From contig CAYPCX010000002.1 of NCBI GenBank assembly GCA_964409365.1, positions 32,984 to 96,983 on the forward strand: DNA of 64,000 nt. The letters are read 5' to 3'. Source of the stretch: an uncultured Planctomycetia bacterium (lineage in GTDB: Bacteria > Omnitrophota > Gorgyraeia > Tantalellales > Tantalellaceae). Both the position numbers and the translations under genes were made by a program. This document shows, piece after piece, positions 63,001-64,000 of this stretch (within the stretch, counting starts at the first letter, position 1; each line of letters begins with the position of its first letter). Below the pieces are notes generated by a model. The model was not told where the DNA came from. It saw nothing but the letters and a program-made list of their open reading frames with translations, and did no database searches.

Positions 63001-64000
63001 GCCGAGGTCGAGGCCGGCGACATGATGATCTATTACGAGACGTCCGGCGGTTTCAGGACCGAGACGCACGCGGCGGACTTGGCAGGGCTTTACACTACCG
63101 CGGGCTGGAAGTTCGAAGATGACAGCCTCTTGCTGGATAAGACACCCGAAGAGGACATCACCGGTCAGGCCTTCAGTTTCGAGATAGACGCCGATACGGA
63201 AGGCCTGTATGAATTGGCCGTATCCGTGCGCAATCCTTATCCGTTCGTTGAAAGCGGCAACGTGATCGAGCTCAACGTATACGTGAACGGCGAATACAAC
63301 GCTTACGGGAACCTTGATGTGGATAACTTTGCGGAAAACTTCCAGAAAATAATCACTGATATATACCTTAACGAGGGAACGAATACGGTCACCATCATGG
63401 TCTGGGATCTGAACGGCGACGGCGACCGTATGGTAGAGGGTGAGCTGCCGGCGGTTATGCCGTCCGGGTACGGCGTGGGCCTGGAGATAGAGAAGATCTA
63501 TCTTGAAAAAGGATACAACCCGGCGCTCGACTTCAACGCGGATAACGTGATAACGGCCGACGAGATGCAGAAGTTCTTTGACGAAGAATACGTGGAAAGG
63601 CCCGCGACGGCGATACAGAGCACGCCCAGCAGCGAAAAGTGGGTGATCGTGGGCGGTGTCGCTTACGCCGTGGGAGAATATACCGATCATATAGAGTTCA
63701 TTTACGGCGCTGCTTCTTACACCACCGACAATACCGGCGGGATCGTTACCCTCGAAGACGGTATCCAGTACGAGGTAACGACCGAGAACGGCGAGGTTAT
63801 CGTCACTGAAGTGCAGGAGCTCATAACCGTGGCGGAAGACACGAGATACCTGACGATAGACGGCACCCGGTATATCGCGGAAGAGACGGAAGCAGAAGGC
63901 GTGATAAAACTGACGGGCGGCGGCGATGTCATAACGAGCGAAGAAGCCTACAAGATAACCGTTGAAGGGACCCGTTACGATATCGTGTTCGCCGGGGAAT
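1..64000 (+). CDS. Single ultra-giant ORF, partial at both ends, encoding at least 21,333 aa of a modular acidic Ca2+-binding carbohydrate-binding/adhesin-like mega-protein
   Basis: Frame 1 translated by hand across the window with 0 stop codons. Every 60-nt line begins a codon. The ORF track has no frame-1 entries, consistent with a frame open to both edges. Codon usage is coding-like (GC-rich 3rd positions) and recognisable protein domain motifs occur throughout. Confidence 0.96.
607..978 (+). other. CBM6/CBM35-like β-sandwich module ('LEYEFAV..GADYILGISARD...LDAGMHTIELEWTNA...VENVYLRD') plus dockerin-type Ca loop (DLNGDGIVDGADSEAW)
   Basis: Motif layout Y-x-F-x-(V/L)...G-x-Y-x-L-x-I-x-A-R ... 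(V)DG ... L-x-A-G-x-H-T-(I/L)-x-(L/F)-x-W-x-N matches the CBM6/35 topology. The loop follows the DxNxDGxxDxxD dockerin/EF-hand pattern. Confidence 0.4.
2272..2637 (+). other. CBM6/35-like module ('ATYKFELPSTGLYDFEAGIRG...GAGIHEIRLVWGND') plus dockerin-type loop (DINDDRVVDEEDVIAW)
   Basis: Same motif skeleton as the module at 607-900, with a Ca-loop immediately downstream. Confidence 0.4.
2851..3009 (+). other. Canonical two-segment dockerin-like domain (DTNADGTVDTFDLAEIL ... DLDGDLDIDRDDMIAWQNL)
   Basis: Two DxNxDGxxDxxD loops, each followed by an amphipathic helix and spaced about 30 aa apart, as in type-I dockerins. Confidence 0.55.
3229..3384 (+). other. Canonical two-segment dockerin-like domain (DINLDGTVDGRDKDIILSNLG ... 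DLNSDNVIDREDLLVFNEL)
   Basis: Duplicated 22-residue Ca-loop plus helix segment, the classic dockerin architecture. Confidence 0.55.
3709..4101 (+). other. CBM6/35-like module ('FAFDIDASTSGYYNVGLEIAA...TGTQTVRFEWTNAAH...KVFVED') plus dockerin-type loop (DLNQDGFVNEVD)
   Basis: Motif skeleton as above. Confidence 0.4.
4201..6480 (+). repeat. Tract of degenerate β-hairpin repeats of roughly 24 aa (consensus about Φ-x-Φ-x-G-x-x-Y-x-Φ-x-x-D-x-x-T/E-G-x-Φ-x-L)
   Basis: Examples: VTLGAGNYEFLVIEKDGEVILTR, VMLGGTIYLVEKGAEGELVLRR, VDIDGEYYLLDETLPGEYTISAY, VVIEGGVYTTEVDGGGDFSLTF. Confidence 0.5.
6481..8680 (+). repeat. YD/Rhs-like tandem repeat block: about 4 diverged units of 170-210 aa
   Basis: Recurring 'FEYLDEDHD..G.GR...Y...TDTY..Y.W....V.V.VY.GEYT' and 'LD...NGW.....Y....YDAEGRL' motifs. 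Units begin near nt 6520, 7140, 7660 and 8245. The YD dipeptide hairpins are typical of RHS_repeat. Confidence 0.5.
10153..10518 (+). other. CBM6/35-like module ('LTYTFELEDTDDYFVGLSARN...TKGTHEVKFVFKNTSG...DIYVNR') plus dockerin-type loop (DTDRDGEITEHDAETLEALI)
   Basis: Motif skeleton as above. Confidence 0.4.
10981..14340 (+). repeat. Second long tract of the β-hairpin repeat of roughly 24 aa
   Basis: For example VSLNGEIYLIMEDEQTGLFTVTDG, VRLNGLLYSITEDEENDTITLAR, VEIDGIEYELVEGAEGELALVSV, VDIDGRTYEVTVTTDETEGETVRL, IRLSGTLYNVTYDYLTGRYVFDNG. Confidence 0.5.
16249..16620 (+). other. CBM6/35-like module ('FSYNIVPQVSGVYHLAIKASSSALTV...DATEHEVMFMMSNP') plus Ca loop (DINGDYRYTTEDGQVIQRMI), embedded in the dockerin array
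   Basis: Motif skeleton as above. Confidence 0.35.
17281..17781 (+). other. DUF1080-like (3-keto-disaccharide hydrolase family, LamG-like jelly-roll) domain #1, inserted in the dockerin array
   Basis: 'WTAGSGDWSITD...EAEDFILETQVRL...GGAGIMFHFQDEDNYYECVL...WYDLKVEANGREYTFYLNGEEMF...TGGKAGLVC...ADFDDFVLG' follows the DUF1080 motif order. Confidence 0.5.
20880..21180 (+). other. Predicted α-helical/coiled segment within the Ca-loop array
   Basis: 'QREKILEAKDVKAKIETLDEMLASGSYTTPEAKAQLEEIIDYLGLQTMEGNVASSFDAKLELLTKVLKEEIF...RQELLEEMVEKLG' is heptad-like, E/K/L-rich and lacks loops. Confidence 0.3.
21268..21381 (+). other. Canonical EF-hand pair (DKNSDGKITQAE ... DADGDGVTTQSE)
   Basis: 12-residue loops with D1, N/D3, D5, G6, hydrophobic 8 and E12, which is the textbook EF-hand consensus. 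This differs from the dockerin-type loops elsewhere, which carry D at position 12. Confidence 0.55.
22681..26040 (+). repeat. Third long tract of the β-hairpin repeat
   Basis: For example VVIEGTLYDVDYDAATGEVTLTEV (23290s), VEIGGILYDIDEIGEEIRLTAR (24210s), VRGVLYDISFDAESNIVLTKH (24700s), VEIGGVEYVLEYEVKQEW (25780s). Confidence 0.45.
28381..31110 (+). repeat. Fourth tract of β-hairpin repeats with interspersed unclassified segments
   Basis: For example LDGETFKIGQDRYRVFANS, VILGDVFYIIEGPDGNGHYTVREA, VVEADGTINLSGRTTEASGAYIIEVNGAQYVVSEA, LADDVLYRVTRDPETEEVILSDA. Confidence 0.4.
31219..31623 (+). other. CBM6/35-like module ('EINYRIDIPSAGVYDIGLFARTYNS...GEGEHDLNMVWNIPEW') plus dockerin-type loop (DLDGDLDVDDDDLAILVTNIG)
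   Basis: Motif skeleton as above. Confidence 0.4.
32929..33078 (+). other. CBM5/12-like (chitin-binding-type) small domain
   Basis: 'EWSMEEKYYVDDIVSKDGVDYICTSTHTYHPDYVPGTGSNWISRWSVF' matches the CBM5/12 pattern W...Y..GD.V...G..Y.C...H.....W.P......W. Confidence 0.4.
33085..33615 (+). other. DUF1080-like jelly-roll domain #2
   Basis: '...DIYAGYVNDSDDVNDYGSAFYQMRVGKDDILTIYRK...GFGIDIEPDEWHEYTFGAW...IKAFIDGEKIIEL...GGKAGVGCPAGGSVRFDEVRVN' is homologous to the motif order at 17281-17781. Confidence 0.45.
34819..35421 (+). other. LamG_3-type (Concanavalin A-like lectin/glucanase) domain #1
   Basis: Ends in the signature 'FAFFDRALSETEIQALV...EGIVAYYSFDAGDAKDDSGNGNDGSM'. Confidence 0.5.
35821..36435 (+). 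other. DUF1080-like jelly-roll domain #3
   Basis: 'DLYVRYQDADNFYRMRLGDQDTLEIGKSTGGEYTTLAIVNVNTGFGINIVRDNWYRFAFVCDGDTGELAAYIDGVEVLSF...GAAGVGCAENVRAYFDDVTFG'. Confidence 0.45.
36931..37500 (+). other. DUF1080-like jelly-roll domain #4
   Basis: 'DLYLRYRDDDNFYRLTLNEETDIVKIERASSGVYSTLAEVNVNTEFSLDLLEDQWYEISFVAWGNRLTGYIDSMEVISV...GYAGVGGRSNTELYFDDLEV' is a paralogue of domain #3. Confidence 0.45.
38341..38784 (+). other. 'TILGGY/FDYYFID' β-sandwich module, copy 1 (unclassified family)
   Basis: 'TVILGGYEKFNYDDTVTKTFTGDLLQDAVTITFDYYFIDSWSDYDAYLEINGERVWEQSHDHD...YDDYVGHFEVVYDNTGGPDTLALTFG...YWGIDNVKV'. Six paralogous copies occur in the window. Confidence 0.35.
39589..40011 (+). other. CBM6/35-like module ('WLEYEFDILHEGAFDIRIQVKNGS...LAEGTHTLRFVWANSGS') plus dockerin-type loop (DLNDDGVVDAEDLDIFMSSYG)
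   Basis: Motif skeleton as above. Confidence 0.4.
40327..40980 (+). other. LamG_3-type domain #2
   Basis: 'MSFDGVDDHITAPV...ITLAAWANI...VDDVSLWDEALTGGEIREVMSSG...EGLVAYYSFNDGTAVNNTGDY'. Confidence 0.5.
41065..41436 (+). other. CBM6/35-like module ('YRLTYEFDDVYGRGNYNIGLDVRTHA...LEDGDHTVTFTWLNPEEG') plus dockerin-type loop (DINFDGAVNSEDIRLFGS)
   Basis: Motif skeleton as above. Confidence 0.4.
41584..42243 (+). other. LamG_3-type domain #3
   Basis: 'LSFDGFEDHLEAS...HAIAVTREYSTLTLYIDGEL...MDDISVWGRALTQAEVRELY...CRAWWELDEGMGAEFMDSTANDRDGTVSGAAW'. Confidence 0.45.
43276..43575 (+). other. CBM6/35-like module ('LKLRVFVDGEGYDDFYCGNISVPW...LTQGVYTVRFQWANDYGEE') plus Ca loop (DFNGDYVADDEDHDQM)
   Basis: Motif skeleton as above. 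Confidence 0.35.
44116..44439 (+). other. GG-type lectin / ILEI (FAM3)-like domain #1
   Basis: 'GINIVTVDKDTGEREFTSWETDLEANVQAMTVYLRNHAQGTIVIASKGGSKVGALNEDAFLALESAGSAHIRDVVSGSTWSMVGYIGAS' parallels the FAM3/ILEI core (G-L-N-I-A-L-V-N...TG...FDM.....FL...P.GALVLVAS.DD......A...LGS...R.SW.FIGAK). Confidence 0.5.
44995..45609 (+). other. LamG_3-type domain #4
   Basis: 'VDFDGTNDYIDCDNIMNGFTDFSISLWLKT...WHHVAVVRSGSTITFYVD...IDEVAIFDTALAEEDVEALLS...LTAYYSFDDHTAEDSSVNGNDGTILG'. Confidence 0.5.
45640..46290 (+). other. LamG_3-type domain #5
   Basis: '...HISVPYQAVEGLSDFTYSIRVKAG...WHMVTVTREYSTLALYVDGAE...FRDISVWERALDGAEVSALY...CRAWWAVDEGTGAQVLDATDNSYDGAFELGAWA'. Confidence 0.45.
46321..46656 (+). other. 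GG-type lectin / ILEI (FAM3)-like domain #2
   Basis: 'EDGVNMAYIPPAGDIEFSTWDTSYTTNAGAMADYLEGIYSTGMREGAVLLVSIQGTTAATGLTEDALAALEAFGSLEIRKVSASDRWSMAVLVEEV' has the same core as domain #1. Confidence 0.45.
47248..47544 (+). other. CBM6/35-like module ('YKFDVDIKGPDDSVHRNVGQITVFAG...MPIGEYYVRFTWVDQEEG') plus dockerin-type loop (DLNSDGKIDVEDKMIMHESAG)
   Basis: Motif skeleton as above. Confidence 0.4.
48091..48420 (+). repeat. Short YD-repeat cluster
   Basis: 'DGEVKIYDAADDKLWKKFLPDGRVFRYDKDGHLDEMTDRTGNLIYCHHDEEDQTTVTVDITNDITKSYDQQGRLVEVISEEGELTYDYT' carries YD/GRL hairpins typical of RHS_repeat. Confidence 0.45.
48427..49032 (+). other. LamG_3-type domain #6
   Basis: 'MSFDEDVEQVLIEGDSSLNASEAFTVSAWFNW...WYHVTVVKESDDNVHVYLYD...IDEVAFFDRALDATEAQELKG...GLVACYSFDDGTAKDITGNGRDGFAT'. 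Confidence 0.5.
49336..49902 (+). other. LamG_3-type domain #7
   Basis: 'YLTFDGTDDYIDCGDIADFHDIEYGTVETWIKG...WYHVAVVWSSTGMELYIDGLL...IDEVAVYDHALTGDEIRQHYSDG...GLVAFYAFQDGEVTDGSGNGKDGVKYG'. Confidence 0.5.
50272..50976 (+). other. LamG_3-type domain #8
   Basis: 'LGLKFDGADDYIGLSS...LSTWAFIDP...WAHYAVTWKNLGEDAETGDYFVEVKLYVNGEAVA...MRDASVWSSALSEEDMADIYSG...CEGWWRLEEASGTVAEDQTLNDRDGTINGGAWG'. Confidence 0.45.
51016..51555 (+). other. Discoidin / F5/8 type C (CBM32/NPCBM-like) domain
   Basis: 'ISSATATYNQTGYDISETLDGIKDSADNGWAVDG.CGQSAMFTFDGLPAVDTVVLTQ...DLKDFELYYTVDEDPSLTDSIWVSV...ALKIQVNDTMDADHNFVLSEVEVFGS' follows the F5_F8_type_C motif order (ASS...DG...T.W...Q...VDL..V..V.L.Q...F.I.YS.DG..W...........RYVRL......E.EV.G). 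Confidence 0.5.
52114..53070 (+). repeat. 'WEY-KD' jelly-roll module W0, preceded by three tandem ~96-aa (~288-nt) copies of its N-terminal half
   Basis: The half-units begin at 52114, 52399 and 52687, each '(A/T)D(F/Y)STGG(D/N)A(P/A)F(Y/F)(V/I)Q...(F/L)(Y/F)AL(Q/K)(S/A)G(D/P)I(S/T)(D/H)(G/D)E...E(R/K)V(V/I/F)T(F/L)(D/E)...(V/I)SF(Y/D)WK(V/A)S(S/T)E'. They are followed at 52875-53070 by the C-half '...LTAGTYTVRWEYTKDADDTGATYKDTAWLDNVVIRA'. The H2/H3 nt identity is about 90% over the first ~45 nt. Confidence 0.5.
53101..53586 (+). other. 'TILGGY/FDYYFID' module, copy 2
   Basis: 'TTILGGYYKFGQGACAVKEFTGVPQGEVTISFDYYFIDNWSSDDGILYVNGEEVWRLTHTYDSD...YRDWVGNFEIVYNNTSGSDTLKLAFTS...SFGMDNVKIE'. Confidence 0.35.
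53839..54237 (+). other. 'LTIGxYTVYAP ... WEY-KD' module W1
   Basis: 'LTIGAYTVYAPEAVLLDGETVTLADLDNMLQDPDHAVKFDIRTLATVEGEYTDTGILF...FSFYVGDTLVDEIYGETDWTEATHALTAGTYTLRWEYAKDDLWSRGDDTVWMDDLRVD'. About 80% nt identity to 56506-56901. Confidence 0.4.
54250..54765 (+). other. 'TILGGY/FDYYFID' module, copy 3
   Basis: 'TTILGGYNKFGQGATASTVLTDVPQGEITITFDYYFIDRWDGADDEGFLKINGQEVWSLAHKYDN...YRDWVGSFEVVYDNTGGPDTLVLTFGS...SWGIDKVKVE'. Confidence 0.35.
55081..55662 (+). other. LamG_3-type domain #9
   Basis: 'CLDFNGASEYVSTPV...TFEAWVYPKS...WQHIAAVFDPVGGKVHFYKNG...IAEAAIFDRPLTEEEIQARLDANS...GLLAYYSFDDGTALDSSGSGNDGTIKG'. Confidence 0.5.
55708..56271 (+). other. LamG_3-type domain #10 (paralogue of #5)
   Basis: 'REYVAVPYGTIDGLSDFALNFRVKAEE...WHMVTVTRSGDELSVYIDG...LRDISVWERALTEVEVGAMY...CRAWWGIDEGTGTAVLDKTTNANDGAIHGAGW'. 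Confidence 0.45.
56506..56901 (+). other. 'LTIGxYTVYAP ... WEY-KD' module W2
   Basis: 'LTIGSYTVYAPGEIRLDGQEISLADLENVLQDPDHASKFDIRTLATLEGEYTDTGILF...FAFYVDDALIDEIYGEVDWTDVTHALPAGTYTLRWEYSKDVLWSEGDDAAWIDGLDF'. Confidence 0.4.
56917..57393 (+). other. 'TILGGY/FDYYFID' module, copy 4
   Basis: 'TTILGGVGVLDYNDTVSKTFTGIPQGEVIISFDYYFFERWINDASRFSSAYLKVDGETVWAQEHDYHSD...YNDWVGHFEVVYDNSAGSDALTLEFG...DWGIDNVCIE'. Confidence 0.35.
57685..58050 (+). other. 'WEY-KD' module W3 (complete, contiguous)
   Basis: 'GFQVSGDAAFLMQSDEACVGDHAAKTGAISHGEASILETTV...GFWWKVSSEANDKFKFYIDDELQGEISGEIDWKYTTATLSPGEHTLKWEYSKDGSTSAGDDTAWLDEVTV'. Confidence 0.4.
58054..58581 (+). other. 'TILGGY/FDYYFID' module, copy 5
   Basis: 'ETILGGYNKFGKDATAVRTITNAPKEAITISFDYYFIDNWYTDEAILEINGEVVWSLSHTYNSSDGGDYEEDGLLQEI...YRDWVGHFEIVYDNTGGADMLELEFRS...SWGVDNVRMEI'. 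Confidence 0.35.
59254..59847 (+). other. DUF1080-like jelly-roll domain #5
   Basis: 'EDFEDGTLDSWSIRGTNSEWEVANGTLVQ...DIYACYQDEDNYYRMRFGEDDMVYVQQMSDGELMTLASCDVNAGFGIDIQRDSWREYSFSVFGDTVKAYIDGELVLEY...VGVGCPGNNQVWFDDISIS'. Confidence 0.45.
60061..60945 (+). other. 'WEY-KD' module W4, split by a nested insertion of 'TILGGY/FDYYFID' copy 6 (60322-60819)
   Basis: N-half 60061-60300: 'LSDYTTGGDSAFFVDGNLSEGFSLRSGDIADGESSFVQTTVTLDEAKELTFDWLVDSEAGDLMNFYLDNMV'. Then the full T-module: 'TYILGGDENFNYGEKASKTFTGLPQSMVTISFDFYFIDNWDGG...YRDWVGHFEIVYDNTGGSDTLELEFYTG...RWGVDNVRISS'. Then the C-half 60820-60945: 'AWTTETYHLSAGEHTLRWEYTKDGAGSDGLDAAWVDKIAV'. Confidence 0.4.
60946..61572 (+). other. LamG_3-type domain #11
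   Basis: 'IQVDLDGTNDHVDIPDLGLSDGFTIGISAKTG...WNDYVITYDCTTVRIYFNGDIV...IDEMFAFDRVLTSGEIKNLHNG...CHGWWAFDENTGTDLDDKTSGGNDGIINDATW'. Confidence 0.5.
63172..63591 (+). other. CBM6/35-like module ('FSFEIDADTEGLYELAVSVRNPYPF...LNEGTNTVTIMVWDLNGDGD...IYLEK') plus Ca loop (DFNADNVITADEMQKFFDEEY)
   Basis: Motif skeleton as above. Confidence 0.4.

Noticed and set aside
1-64000. Possibility that frame-1 openness is a non-coding or artefactual feature, or that several genes are fused
   Set aside because: The chance of no stop in 21,333 random codons is effectively zero. Codon bias, the acidic composition and dozens of recognisable domain motifs are all consistent with real coding. I found no internal stop-plus-RBS-plus-start junction, so there is no evidence for separate genes. 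Assembly chimerism across the 52-61-kb repeats cannot be excluded from sequence alone and is flagged as a finding.
1-64000. CRISPR arrays, tRNA/rRNA genes, IS elements, integrases, promoters or terminators
   Set aside because: None are detectable. The window contains no intergenic DNA at all. The repeats present are protein-coding, diverged and not spacer-interleaved.

Overview
The whole 64,000-nt window is the interior of one uninterrupted open reading frame on the + strand (frame 1, beginning at nt 1). I translated the window codon by codon and found no stop codon anywhere. Within the window there is also no plausible start codon preceded by a ribosome-binding site. The provided ORF track contains no frame-1 entry at all, which is the expected result for a frame that is open to both window edges. 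The window therefore encodes at least 21,333 residues of a single ultra-giant protein whose true ends lie outside it.

The protein is strongly acidic (rich in D, E, G, T, Y and V) and codon usage is GC-rich at third positions. It is an enormous mosaic of β-sandwich modules of carbohydrate-binding or adhesion type, mixed with calcium-binding loops:
- At least 13 copies of a CBM6/CBM35-like module, each followed immediately by a dockerin-type Ca2+ loop.
- An array of about 45-48 dockerin/EF-hand loops spanning roughly 7.7 kb (nt 14446-22140).
- A YD/Rhs-like tandem-repeat block.
- Long tracts of a degenerate β-hairpin repeat of roughly 24 residues.
- 5 DUF1080-like jelly-rolls.
- 11 LamG_3-type domains carrying the '(L/I)(V/L/T)A(Y/F/C)Y(S/A)F(D/N/Q)...GNG.DG' signature.
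- 2 GG/ILEI(FAM3)-like lectin domains.
- 1 discoidin (F5/8 type C) domain.
- 1 CBM5/12-like chitin-binding motif.
- A 9-kb super-repeat of two alternating unclassified modules, which I call 'WEY-KD' and 'TILGGY/FDYYFID', including partial-module tandem duplications and one nested domain insertion.

All minus-strand and out-of-frame plus-strand ORFs in the provided track are antisense or frame shadows of this gene. I found no RNA genes, mobile elements or CRISPR arrays.

The system of interest is the giant gene itself: a Ca2+-dependent poly-CBM/poly-dockerin surface mega-protein, comparable in scale only to the few very largest bacterial proteins described.
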